Shown here piece after piece: positions 25,801 to 35,103 of a DNA stretch of 64,000 bases (positions within the stretch are counted from its first letter, which is position 1; each line of letters opens with the position of its first letter). The translations under genes and the position numbers were made by a program. The stretch comes from an uncultured Actinomycetes bacterium (GTDB lineage Bacteria > Actinomycetota > UBA4738 > HRBIN12): positions 207,953 through 271,952 of the forward strand of contig CAVSFP010000008.1 in NCBI GenBank assembly GCA_963727185.1, written 5' to 3'. The notes under the pieces were generated by a model. That model was not told where the DNA came from. It did no database searches and worked only from the letters and a program-made list of their open reading frames with translations.

Positions 25801-26025
25801 GGCGCCCGCGAGCGCCTCTCGCCGATCCTCATGACGTCGCTGGCCACCGGCCTCGCGCTCGTGCCGCTGGTCTTCGGCGGCGACCTGCCGGGTCACGAGA
25901 TCGAGTACCCGCTGGCCGTCGTCATCCTCGGCGGGCTCTTCACGTCGACGCTGTTCACGCTCTTCGTGGTGCCGTCGCTCTACCTGCGCTTCGGCAAGCG
26001 CCGGCGGGCGGCTGCGTCAGGCTGA
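22850..26025 (+). pseudogene. RND efflux permease, CusA/CzcA-like (copy 2), heavily frameshifted
   Basis: Stitched from at least 10 ORF-track pieces in all three frames: 22850..23815, 23496..24314, 23686..24009, 24055..24393, 24275..24619, 24372..25346, 24442..25086, 25343..25735, 25698..26129 and 25579..26025. Conserved blocks are [76 protein letters not shown] and [17 protein letters not shown]. Open at 22850-23490 and 25740-26025, with roughly 15-20 frame switches in between (manual estimate). Alternative starts at 22877 and 22886. Confidence 0.85.
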
Positions 26026-26070
26026 GCCGGCGGGCCGCCGGCCAGACCGCCGGCGCCCGGCCGGTTCGCA

Positions 26071-26535
26071 CTACCCGACGGCCGGCCAGTCGAAGCCGAG
26101 CACGACGACCAGGATCGCCGCGTCGATGAGGACGCCGACCCAGCCCTGCTCGCTCAGTCTCCTTCGAGTTCCGTCCCAGAACAGGATGATGACGAATGCC
26201 GAGAAGACGGCGGCTGCCGCCACTGCGGGTCGCCACCAGTCCAAGCGCAGCAACAGTCCGGCGCCGCCGACCACGAACGCGACCGTCGCCACGAGGTACG
26301 CCACCGTCGCCACCCGTGCCGCCTTATCGTTCCCGAGAAGTCGCGAGAACGCCCAGGACCCGTCTGGCCAGTGGAAGTCGGGTCGAAGCTGGAAGAGCCG
26401 GCGGCTGAGGGCGACGTACAACAGATGGACGAGGCCGTGAAGCACGAGGAAGACGCCGGCGACAGATGCGAGCACCTTGCCCCTCCCGAACGACGGTGCG
26501 TTGCGGCGGACCGGTCGGCCCGTCCGGCAGAGCAT
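26071..26535 (-). CDS. Hypothetical integral membrane protein
   Basis: The C-terminal 154 aa of ORF 26071..26799, from MLCRTGRP, carry about 4 TM helices. No family recognised and the start is uncertain. Confidence 0.45.
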   Translation of the reverse strand: MLCRTGRPVRRNAPSFGRGKVLASVAGVFLVLHGLVHLLYVALSRRLFQLRPDFHWPDGSWAFSRLLGNDKAARVATVAYLVATVAFVVGGAGLLLRLDWWRPAVAAAAVFSAFVIILFWDGTRRRLSEQGWVGVLIDAAILVVVLGFDWPAVG

Positions 26536-26641
26536 ACGCGAGTCACGCCGCGGGCGGGCCTCGATCACCGCGACCAGGATGCCCGACTCGACTTGCCGGG
26601 AACACAACACCGTAAGGGCGGGCGACTGAAAGAGACCCTCG

Positions 26642-26992
26642 ATGAACACCGAATGGGACGCCGCCGCCGGGATCGTCCCGGACGGTGGCAGTCCGAAGCC
26701 GATACGGATCGTGGCGTCAGAGGACGTGCACACCTTTGTTCGCGAGCACGGCGGACGGCTCTGCGTGTGGACGGTCGCACACCGGCACCCCCGGATCACG
26801 ATCGTGTTGCTGGAGACGGAGACCGACTGCCCCGACGGGCCTATGCGGCACTTTGAGCGCCTCGACGCCGGCGACTTCGAGCTCTACTTCGACCCCGGGG
26901 GGTTCGGTCGGCCTGAAGAGCTGGTCCTCGAGCTCGAGTGGCGGCGTAAGCGAGTCAAGGCCTACTGGGACGATCACGCTTACATCTTCTGA
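26642..26992 (+). CDS. Hypothetical protein
   Basis: 116-aa ORF with coding-like GC3. No recognisable motifs. Confidence 0.4.
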   Translation: MNTEWDAAAGIVPDGGSPKPIRIVASEDVHTFVREHGGRLCVWTVAHRHPRITIVLLETETDCPDGPMRHFERLDAGDFELYFDPGGFGRPEELVLELEWRRKRVKAYWDDHAYIF

Positions 26993-27019
26993 CCCGCCGG
27001 CTCGCGCACTCGAGAGCCG

Positions 27020-27298
27020 TCAGCCCGCCACCAGTTCCACGGTCACGCGGTCCACGCGCTCCACCCGATCGCGGACGGCTCGGGTGACGGCGTCCGCCGT
27101 GCGGTCGGCCGCGGCCAGGCTCGTCTCGTCGGGCACGATGCGCAGGGTCAGAAGACCGGTCACCGCGCGTGACGTGGTCAGCGTCGCGCCGACGATCCCG
27201 ACCGTGCTCGGCTGCAAAGCGACCCACGTCCACAGCACCACGGCAAAGACGGAGCAGGCCGCACCGGAGACGGCGGCGGCCCTCGTCGCCCGCCGCAA
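27020..27298 (-). CDS. Hypothetical small membrane-anchored protein
   Basis: 92-aa ORF with one N-terminal TM helix and a soluble tail ending DRVERVDRVTVELVAG. Weak call. Confidence 0.3.
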   Translation of the reverse strand: MRRATRAAAVSGAACSVFAVVLWTWVALQPSTVGIVGATLTTSRAVTGLLTLRIVPDETSLAAADRTADAVTRAVRDRVERVDRVTVELVAG

Positions 27299-27374
27299 CC
27301 CGACAGCCGCTTCCGGACCTCTCCGCGCGTCGACAGGATACCCCGGCGTCCCCGGCGCGCCGTTGCGCCCGGCT

Positions 27375-27818
27375 CTACCGCTCGATCACCGCGGTCACGT
27401 CGAACTCCACCAGGAACTCCGGGCGGGCGAGGATGGCGGGCTGCACGTAGGTGCTCGCCGGCGGTTCCTTGACCAGGCGCGGCGCGTGCTGCTGGTAGTA
27501 CTTGAGCTCTGCCGCCCGCATCAGCTGGTAGTACTCGAGGTCCTTGAGCAGGATGACGGTCTTCACGATGTTCTCCATCGAGCTGCCCATCTCCTCGAGC
27601 ACTGCGCGCACCTTGTCGAGACAGGCGAACACCTGCGCCTCTACGCCCACCGTCAGACACGAGCCGTCCTCGGTGCTCTGCGGGGTCATCCCCGAGAGGA
27701 ACGCGAGGTTACCCACCACGATGCCCGCGGCGTACTTGGGGGTGCCAGGATGCACGTTCGGGTAGGTCTGCTCCACGCCGCCGATCTTGAACGGGTAGTA
27801 CTTCACCTGGTCAGTCAC
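27375..27818 (-). CDS. RidA/YjgF/L-PSP family protein
   Basis: 147 aa from GTG 27818, preceded by GAAGGAG. Typical YjgF blocks are GNLAFLSGM, VKTVILLKDL and a C-terminal EFDVTAV. Confidence 0.85.
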   Translation of the reverse strand: MTDQVKYYPFKIGGVEQTYPNVHPGTPKYAAGIVVGNLAFLSGMTPQSTEDGSCLTVGVEAQVFACLDKVRAVLEEMGSSMENIVKTVILLKDLEYYQLMRAAELKYYQQHAPRLVKEPPASTYVQPAILARPEFLVEFDVTAVIER

Positions 27819-27932
27819 GCTTGCTCCTTCGCTGGGTCGTCGAACGCTGTGCCTCCGGCAGTCTAACGGCTCTCCGGATCGTCGTCGGACCACACGCTGT
27901 CGTAGAGTCGCACGGTCGCCGAGTGGCCCCGT

Positions 27933-29350
27933 TCATGCGGCCTTGGCCCCGGGCGCGATGTTCTGGTTCAGGCGGAACAGGTTGTCCGGATCCCACTCGG
28001 TCTTGACCGCCACCAGCCGGTCGTACCGGTCGCCGAAGGCCGACCGCATCAAGCCCTCGCCCTCCTCCACCAAGCCGGGGAAGTTGAGGTAGTTGGCGCC
28101 GCCCGAGAACGGCCGCAGTCGGTCACCAGCTTCCGCGCCCACTCCATGTTGATTTGGTCGTCGGCCGCGGCGAGCCAGTTGGCCTCGGGGTTGGCCATGA
28201 ACCCCGCGTGGCGACCGCCGAAGGCGGCGCCCCCGGGCGGCTCGCGCCGCACGGCGCCGCCCAGATGCCACACGTCGATCGAGCTCAACTCGGACGCCTG
28301 CGCGTCGGCCGCGCGGGCGATCACCTCGATCGCTTCGTCGCTCAGATCGTCGAGCAGCGCCGACTTCCAGTAGTATCGCTGGCCGCGCGGGTACTCCGGG
28401 TCGAAGGTCCGCTGGACCTCCACCCAGGGCCTCACGCCGCCGAGGTCGGCCAGCGGTTCCCCGAACTCGAGGAGCGGTCGCTCGGCCCGCTCGCCCTCTG
28501 CGACCGGGCCGATGTAGGCGCCGACGAACGCGGCGAAGGTCCGTCCATACGTCTCGGGCGGGAACTCGGGTGCGCCTTGGGGCACCGTGCCGAGGATCGC
28601 GACGGGCGCCAGCTCGTCCGGCGTGCTCGCACAGAACTCGCGAAAGAAGCGCAGCGCCTCGCGCCGCCGCCGGCCGTCGTGCACCACGAACGCGAACGCC
28701 ACCTCGGGTCCGACCGGATGCAGCCGGAACTCGAAGGCCGTGACCACGCCGAAGTTGCCCCCTCCGCCACGGAGCGCCCACAGCAGCTCGGGGTTGTCGC
28801 TCTCGCTGGCCCGCACGACGCGGCCGTCGGCGGTGACCAGCTCGGCCGCGATGACGTTGTCGCAGGTGACGCCGTATTTGCCGCGCATCCATCCGAGCCC
28901 GCCCGAGAGCGTGAGCCCGGCCACGCCCGTCTCCGAGATCAAACCGCCCGGGTGTCGAGAGGCCGTGCGGCTGGGCGGCGCCGTCGACATCGGCCCAGGT
29001 GGCGCCGCCCTCGACGCGGGCCACGCGCCGCTCCGCGTCCACGGTCACGCGGCGCATCGCCGACAGATCGATGACCAGGCCGTCGGCGACAGGTCGCGAG
29101 GCCGGCCACGTTGTGGCCGCCACCGCGTACCGCCAGCGGCCATCGCTGCCGCCGCGCGAAGTCCACGGCGCGGATCACGTCTTCCGCGTCGGCGCATCGG
29201 GCCACGGCGCAGCGGCCGCTTGTCGATCATGCCGTTCCACACCGAACGCGCCTCGTCGTAGTCGGGCGACCCGCGGCGTACCACGACGCCGTGGAACCCT
29301 GCCTCCAGTCGCGAGAGCGGGTCGGGGGAGTGTCGAGCCGAAGTCGCCAT
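27933..29350 (-). pseudogene. FAD-linked oxidase with a BBE-like C-terminus, frameshifted
   Basis: Stitched from ORFs 29045..29401, 28939..29205, 27933..29123 and 28049..28990. Blocks are VRGGGHNVAG, GGATWADVD, GLTLSGGLGWM and NPELLWALRGGGGNFGVVT. The C-terminal part reads YLNFPG...RLVAVKTEWDPDNLFRLNQNI. At least 4 frame switches between about 28050 and 29130. Confidence 0.8.
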
Positions 29351-29511
29351 GATCCACCTCTCTTCGCGGTGCCGCCGGAGCGCACACGGCTGCTCTTGCA
29401 CCTTTTCCCGAGGGTTCTCACGAACATGACCGAAATAGTCCTGTTTCCGCCGGATGGTGCCGGGGCGTGCGCGGCGCGGCCGGGCGCATCCGGCCGCGCC
29501 GGCAAAACGAT

Positions 29512-29547
29512 GGGGCCGGGGCCGCCCGAAGCGGCGGCTCCGGCCCC
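29512..29547 (-). terminator. Hairpin downstream of the APC permease gene
   Basis: GGGGCCGGGGCCGCC / GGCGGCTCCGGCCCC is a 15-bp stem with one mismatch. On the minus strand it is followed within a few nt by CGTTTTG. Confidence 0.45.
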
Positions 29548-29587
29548 CGGTCGTGCCGGCCCCCGGTGGCGGCCGTTCAAGCCCGTC

Positions 29588-31057
29588 TTACATGCCCTCG
29601 TCTTCCAGGTGGACGTGGGCGACGTCGATGATGGCCTGCGGGCGGCGCGAGCGCAGGACGAAGAGCAGCACGATGCCGAACACCAGCCACGCCGCCATCA
29701 CGTAGGGGGCGTACTTGTATGGTGACGATAGCGCCGAGATGAAGCCGAGTCCCGGGATGCCGGTGATGCCGGCGACGCTGAAGAAGCCCGGGATCAGCAG
29801 GATCGCGCCGATGATGGGCGCCACGATGTGGGAGAGCCAGTGCTGCTCGTCCCTGCGGTGCCGCGCGAAGTACCCGATGCAGGCGATGTTGCAGGCGATG
29901 TACACCGGCACCACGACCACGACGATGGCGGTGCCGATGATGCCGAAGGCCACCTGCGGGGTGTACTTGAACCCGAGCGCAAGACCGACCACGAGACCGA
30001 GGATGAGCTCCACAAGGATGCCCACCCGCGGCGACTTGTACTTCGGGTGCAGGTCCGCGAAGGCTCGCGGGAACACGCCGATGCGGCCGAACGCATAGGC
30101 CGTGCGCGTAAAGACGTTGGCGCCGGAGTTCGCGTTGGCGAGGGTTGAGTTGATGATGGCGAACAGGACGAGCGCCCAGAAAACGATGGACACCGTGCGG
30201 GCAAGACCGTCCCAGGGCACACCGTTGGCGGAGGCGGCGAACCCGGAGAAGTTGCTCGGCCCGTAGGCCACCGCGGCCGCGTAAGTGGTGAAGATGTAGA
30301 GCGCGCCGATCAGGATCACGGAGAGGATCACGGCCCGCGGGACGTTCTTCCTCGGGTCCCGCGTCTCCTCGGCCAGCGGCGCCGCGGCCTCGAAGCCCGA
30401 GAAGGCGAGGAGGGCGCCCACGGCGCCGGCGATCACGCCGGTGATGCCGGCGTAGCCCTTGGCGTTCGCGTAGTGCGTGGTGAACACCTGCAGGGTGTTG
30501 TGGTTGCCGGCCTTGATGACGAGCACGATGGACAGCGCGAGGAACACGATGATCTCGATGAAGCCCAGCACCACGCCGGTCCTCGTCGACGTCTTCACGC
30601 CGCGGTAGACGAGGAAGCAGATGAGCAGAAGGCCGAGCGTCATGAAGATCCACCACGTGCTGGTGGGGAATGAGGACTGCTCGGAGTTCCACTCGCCGGC
30701 CACCGTGTAGCCGAGCTGCAGCATGACGAGCGGCACGATGAGGACCTCGACGGCCGCGTAGGCCCAGCCGACAAGGAACCCGACCCATGGGGCGAGCCCC
30801 ACGGCGTTGTAGGTGGCCACCGAGCCGGCGGCCGGGATGTGCTTGGCCAGCTGGCCGATGCTCCACGCGGTGAACAGCATGCCCACGAAGGCGATGCTCA
30901 CCGACAGCGGCAGGGCGCCGGCGGCGAAGGCCGCGCCAAGCGGGATCGACGCGGCGATCGCCGCGCCCGGCGCCATCGACGTGATGGACTGGAAGAGCAC
31001 GTCCATCAGGCCGACGGCATTGCGTTCGAGCGGCAGGACCGCTCCTGGTTCACTCAC
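29588..31057 (-). CDS. APC-superfamily amino acid/amine permease
   Basis: Intact 489-aa ORF with about 12 TM helices and an APC-type N-terminal block FQSITSMAPGAAIA. Confidence 0.9.
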   Translation of the reverse strand: MSEPGAVLPLERNAVGLMDVLFQSITSMAPGAAIAASIPLGAAFAAGALPLSVSIAFVGMLFTAWSIGQLAKHIPAAGSVATYNAVGLAPWVGFLVGWAYAAVEVLIVPLVMLQLGYTVAGEWNSEQSSFPTSTWWIFMTLGLLLICFLVYRGVKTSTRTGVVLGFIEIIVFLALSIVLVIKAGNHNTLQVFTTHYANAKGYAGITGVIAGAVGALLAFSGFEAAAPLAEETRDPRKNVPRAVILSVILIGALYIFTTYAAAVAYGPSNFSGFAASANGVPWDGLARTVSIVFWALVLFAIINSTLANANSGANVFTRTAYAFGRIGVFPRAFADLHPKYKSPRVGILVELILGLVVGLALGFKYTPQVAFGIIGTAIVVVVVPVYIACNIACIGYFARHRRDEQHWLSHIVAPIIGAILLIPGFFSVAGITGIPGLGFISALSSPYKYAPYVMAAWLVFGIVLLFVLRSRRPQAIIDVAHVHLEDEGM

Positions 31058-32069
31058 TGCTACTCCTCCCCTTGAGATTGCAGCGTCGCGACGTACCCCA
31101 CGCCGGCGACGTCAGAAGACGAGCAACTCTACGACGCCGCGGCTGCGCGGGAAAGAGGGGGTCGCGACGGGTCATACGAGACTGCCGTCGTATTGCGCTG
31201 AGGACTACTTTGGGCATCGCGTAGCGGGCCGTCTTCAGCGGATCGACCACCTGCGAGACCTGCAGCTGGCCGGCGGCGCTCATGAGCATCGTGGCCGCGG
31301 CTGCCGAGAGGCCGAGCCGCCCGACGAGCAGGTCGGCCATGTTGCGCGTGGCGAGCTCGGCGGCCTCGTCGAGGGTCTCGGCCGAGCCGATGGTGGCGAC
31401 CACGTCCGCCGTCTCCACGATCGGGTCGGTGAGCTCGAGGTCGCGTCGCAGTTCCACACGCAGGTGGATGCTGCCCGCGACTTCCACGCCCGTCCCGCAG
31501 ATCTCGCCGTCGCCCATCACGGCATGCAGGTCGCCGGCGGCGAGAAGGGCGCCGGGCGCAAAGACCGGAAGGTACACCGTTGCGCCCGCCCCGATCAGAC
31601 GAGTGTCCATGTTGCCGCCGTGCGCGCCGGGCGAGCCGCACGGCACCGGCTCGCCGGCCGGTGCCACGCCGATCACGCCGATCATCGGGCTGATCGGCAG
31701 GCTCGCTCCCGCCACCTTGGCCTCGCCGTCCTCGATCGGGACCATCTGGAACGAGAGGCGTTCGAACCGGTCGGCGAGCACGCCGAACCCGGCGCTCACG
31801 GCCATCACGCCCTCGGGAGCCACGTCGATCCTCTCGACGCTCACGACCAGTACGTCGCCCGGTTCGGCGCCTTCGACGAACACCGGGCCGGTCGCAGGAT
31901 TGATATGCGTCCAATCGACGTCGCCGGGCGAGTCGCCGGAGGCATGGATCTGGTCGCTGAAGCAGTCCTCGGTGTCGAGGACGAGGCTGTCGCCCGGCCG
32001 GATGCGAGCCACGGGCGGCGCCCCGGCCGAGAGGCTGAAGACACTTTGATGTCGGTCGACGTGGATCAT
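31050..32069 (-). CDS. Acetamidase/formamidase-family amidohydrolase
   Basis: FmdA/AmdA-like blocks are ATGPVFVEGAEPGDVLVV, GAHGGNMD and AAGDLHAVMGDGEICGTG. Start is ATG 32069 (MIHVDRH). The last roughly 45 codons are Arg-rich and overlap the permease start by 8 nt. Confidence 0.82.
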   Translation of the reverse strand: MIHVDRHQSVFSLSAGAPPVARIRPGDSLVLDTEDCFSDQIHASGDSPGDVDWTHINPATGPVFVEGAEPGDVLVVSVERIDVAPEGVMAVSAGFGVLADRFERLSFQMVPIEDGEAKVAGASLPISPMIGVIGVAPAGEPVPCGSPGAHGGNMDTRLIGAGATVYLPVFAPGALLAAGDLHAVMGDGEICGTGVEVAGSIHLRVELRRDLELTDPIVETADVVATIGSAETLDEAAELATRNMADLLVGRLGLSAAAATMLMSAAGQLQVSQVVDPLKTARYAMPKVVLSAIRRQSRMTRRDPLFPAQPRRRRVARLLTSPAWGTSRRCNLKGRSSSE

Positions 32070-32317
32070 CGGGGGCACTCCCTTGGTGTCGGGGCGGTCG
32101 GGCACGATGGCAAGTCGTTGATTCCCGCAAACCGGCGGTTTGCCGCGATTCTATCGGTGAGCGCCGGCAAGGCACGCAGGAGTGATCAGGGCTGGGCCTT
32201 CGCCGCCAGATCGGTGAACCAGCCGGGCTCGGGCACGCCCGGGCGGCGGAGCGCGGCGGCCGAAGGCGTGTACAGTAGCCTGGTCGAGGCGCGAGGGCGG
32301 CGACGGGAGGCGGCCTG

Positions 32318-33807
32318 ATGACGTGCGGAGCGGGTGTCGTGGAGACGGCGCGAAAGCGGCGGCGGCGCGCCGTTCTCGCGTCTCTCGCGCTGGTCTGCGC
32401 GCTGGCTCTCGCCGCCGTCGCGGCGGCATGCGGAGAAGCTCACCCAGCGCCGGTGGCGCGACCGCATCGCCTTCCGTGGCGCAGTCGGCCAGTCCGGCGC
32501 CGGTCGCGTCGCTGCCCGCAACGCCGGCCGGCAGGCAGCTCGCCTGGGTGCTGGCGCGGATGAACGCGGGGCAGTCGGTCGGGGCCGCCGAGCTGGCGCA
32601 GCACTTCTCGGCGGCCTTTCTCAAGCAGGTGCCGCCGGCCCAGCTGGTCGCCGCCCTCACGCAGGTGGCGGCGGCGGGGCCCCTGCGCTTCGCAGGAGCT
32701 ATCGGGCCGTCCTCGTCCACGGCGCTCGTGGGGCGCCTCGACGGCGCCTCGGGCACCACGCTTAAGGCGTCGATCACGGTCGGGCCGGCCGCGCCCAATC
32801 TGATCGAGGGGCTCCTCTTCCAGCCATACAGCGCCACGCCCAAGCCGACAAGCTGGAGTGAGGTGGACGCCGGGCTTCGCGCGCTCGCCGCACACGCGGC
32901 CATGCTCGCGACCTACGTCGGCCAGAGCGCGCCGGCGCCATCGGGAGGCGCGCCGGCGGTCGCTGTGAACGCGCCCGTACACGCCTTGCAGGCGGACTCC
33001 ACGGGCGCCATCGGCTCCGCCTTCAAGCTCTACGTGCTGGGGGCGCTCGGGTCAGCCGTGGCGCGCGGCACCGCGCGCTGGGACGAGACGCTCGCCGTTC
33101 GCAACGCCTGGAAGAGCCTGCCGTCCGGCGACCTCCGCAACGCGCCGGCCGGGCGCCCGTACACGCTGCGCTACCTCGCCCAGCAGATGATCGCCGCGAG
33201 CGACAACACCGCCGCCGACCACCTGATCCACCGGCTCGGCCGAACGGCGGTGGAGGCCGAGCTCCCGGCGATGGGCATGCGCGAGTCGCGGCTGGACACG
33301 CCGTTCTTGACGACGCGCGAGATGTTCGCCCTCAAGCTGTCCGCGCCGCCGTCTCTGCGCGACGCGTACATCGCCGGCGGCCCGGCGCAGAGGACGCGGC
33401 TCCTGCTGCAGATCGATGCGCTCCCTGTGTCGCTCGCCGATGCCTCCGGCTGGACGACGCCGCGCGACGTGAGCACCATCGAATGGTTCGCCTCGCCGGC
33501 CGACCTGGCGCGCGCCATGGTCGCGCTGCAGACGGCCTCGCGGCGCCCCGCGGAGGCGCCCATCCGCCAGATCCTCGGCAAGAACCCCGGCATCCCCTTC
33601 GACGCGACGACGTGGCGCTACGTCGCCTTCAAGGGTGGCTCGGAGCCCGGCGTGCTCAGCCTCACATGGCTGCTCACCCGCAACGACGGGCGGAGCTTCG
33701 TTCTGTCCATCGTGCTCGACGATCAGGTCAAGCCGATCGATGAGGCCGCCGCCGTCACCGTCGCCGAGGGCGCCGTGGACCTGCTGGCCAAGACCGTGTA
33801 CCACTGA
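32318..33807 (+). pseudogene. LpqF-like lipoprotein with a class-A beta-lactamase-fold serine hydrolase domain, one frameshift
   Basis: The signal peptide and lipobox (LAAVAAAC) lie in ORF 32318..32563. The body lies in ORF 32323..33807 and has SxxK (SAFK), SDN (ASDNTAADHL) and KGG (FKGGSEPG) motifs. Frame switch near 32445. Confidence 0.72.
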
Positions 33808-33811
33808 GACG

Positions 33812-33863
33812 GCGACCGGGGTGAGCATCGCGGGCCTCAGGCCCGGACACTCACCCCGGTCGC
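33812..33863. terminator. Bidirectional stem-loop between convergent genes
   Basis: Perfect 14-bp inverted repeat GCGACCGGGGTGAG / CTCACCCCGGTCGC (33812-33825 and 33850-33863). The loop contains an inner CGGGCC/GGCCCG hairpin. Confidence 0.55.
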
Positions 33864-33868
33864 CACGC

Positions 33869-33933
33869 CGCCGCGTCAGCTCACGCCGCGCGGCTCCTCG
33901 CGCAACGCCGCGTCAGCTCACGCCGCGCGGCTC
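33869..33933. repeat. Tandem direct repeat (28-nt unit, 37-nt period) spanning a stop codon
   Basis: CGCCGCGTCAGCTCACGCCGCGCGGCTC occurs at 33869-33896 and again at 33906-33933. The second copy contains the TGA and the last codons of the 33918..34217 gene. Confidence 0.7.
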
Positions 33934-34217
33934 TTGGCGTAGGAGCAACTCTCTTCCTTCTCCAGCCAGGTGGCGCGCGGCTCGGACGTCACGCCACCGC
34001 GCTCCATGGCCTCGCGCAGGGAGGGGTCGCGCATGAAAGCCTCGGCACGCTCGCGGGACTCGTATTCCATGATGATGTTCACGTTGTTGGGCGAGTCGGC
34101 ATCGCGATAGATGGTGTGGCAGGTGCAGCCGAACTCGGCACGCTTGCTCTCGTGCTCGTCGAACGCGGGCTTCCAGGTGTCGTAATCGCGGACCGTGTGC
34201 TGGACCAGGAGGTACAT
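33918..34217 (-). CDS. Small dimeric alpha/beta-barrel-like protein (ABM/stress-responsive type), function unknown
   Basis: 99-aa ORF MYLLVQHTVRDYDTWKPAFDEH...IIMEYESRERAEAF. The pattern resembles ferredoxin-like ABM-fold proteins. Family is not certain. Confidence 0.55.
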   Translation of the reverse strand: MYLLVQHTVRDYDTWKPAFDEHESKRAEFGCTCHTIYRDADSPNNVNIIMEYESRERAEAFMRDPSLREAMERGGVTSEPRATWLEKEESCSYAKSRAA

Positions 34218-34422
34218 CGTAGCCTCTCTCTGTTGAATCGGGGCGGCGCCGTCCCCTCTCCGGCAACGGCGCCTGTAGTAATAGTGGGTTATGTCGCGCT
34301 AAACCACGGCGCTAACCCTGTTGCCGGCCCCGACTCCGCTTCGCCGGACCGAGGCCAGCCGAGCATCGACGTGCGCGGTAGTCTGCTGCGCCGTCTGACC
34401 CGAGGGCGATACACGGCGCTCC

Positions 34423-35103
34423 TCACGCGCGTGGAGCCGCGTCCCACTCGTACACGCGGGCGGACAGATCGAGACGTTGATCGCGCGCCGTCTTGTGCGT
34501 CCGCGAGTTCACGATCGTGATCATGAGTCGCAGCGGCACGGGGAACGGCGACTTGTCGCAGCGGGCCACCGTCGCCGCCGCGAACGATCTCCCAGCCGCC
34601 ACGTCTGCCGCCACGAGGGGCAGGCACTTGCGCAACTGTCTGGAGAACATGCCGGCCTTGTCGAGGGGACGTCCGTCGATCGGCGAGGTGCCGCCGAACC
34701 CGACGCCGCCCTGCCAATGCCAGCCCATCTGCTCGGCGAAGATGCGCATGCTGGCAAGCTCAGCCCGGCGCTGCACGGGTTCCGGAAAGCCCGAGTGCGA
34801 GATGCCGTAGAAGAGGGGCGCGTGCCCGCCGAGCTCCGCGCGCCGCTCGTACAGGCCTTCGAGGACGCGCTGCGTGACGGCCGGCAGCTGATCGAGGTAG
34901 AGCGGCGCCACCAGTACCACCGCGTCGCTGGCGGCGAGCTTCCGCAGCGCCGCGTCGAGCTCGTCCACGCCGGCGCTCCACCTGGGGACGCGCCACACTT
35001 CGACGGCCGCGCCGGCCGCCGCGAGGCGCGCCGCGAGGTCTCTGCTGATCGCGCCGGTGTTGGACTTGGCCCGCCGGCTGCCGTCGATCACCAGCACGGT
35101 CAT
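34423..35103 (-). CDS. Flavodoxin-like NAD(P)H-dependent FMN reductase family protein
   Basis: 226-aa ORF with N-terminus MTVLVIDGSRRAKSNTGA and the block DAVVLVAPLYLDQLP, typical of FMN_red/flavodoxin_2 proteins. Confidence 0.7.
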   Translation of the reverse strand: MTVLVIDGSRRAKSNTGAISRDLAARLAAAGAAVEVWRVPRWSAGVDELDAALRKLAASDAVVLVAPLYLDQLPAVTQRVLEGLYERRAELGGHAPLFYGISHSGFPEPVQRRAELASMRIFAEQMGWHWQGGVGFGGTSPIDGRPLDKAGMFSRQLRKCLPLVAADVAAGRSFAAATVARCDKSPFPVPLRLMITIVNSRTHKTARDQRLDLSARVYEWDAAPRA

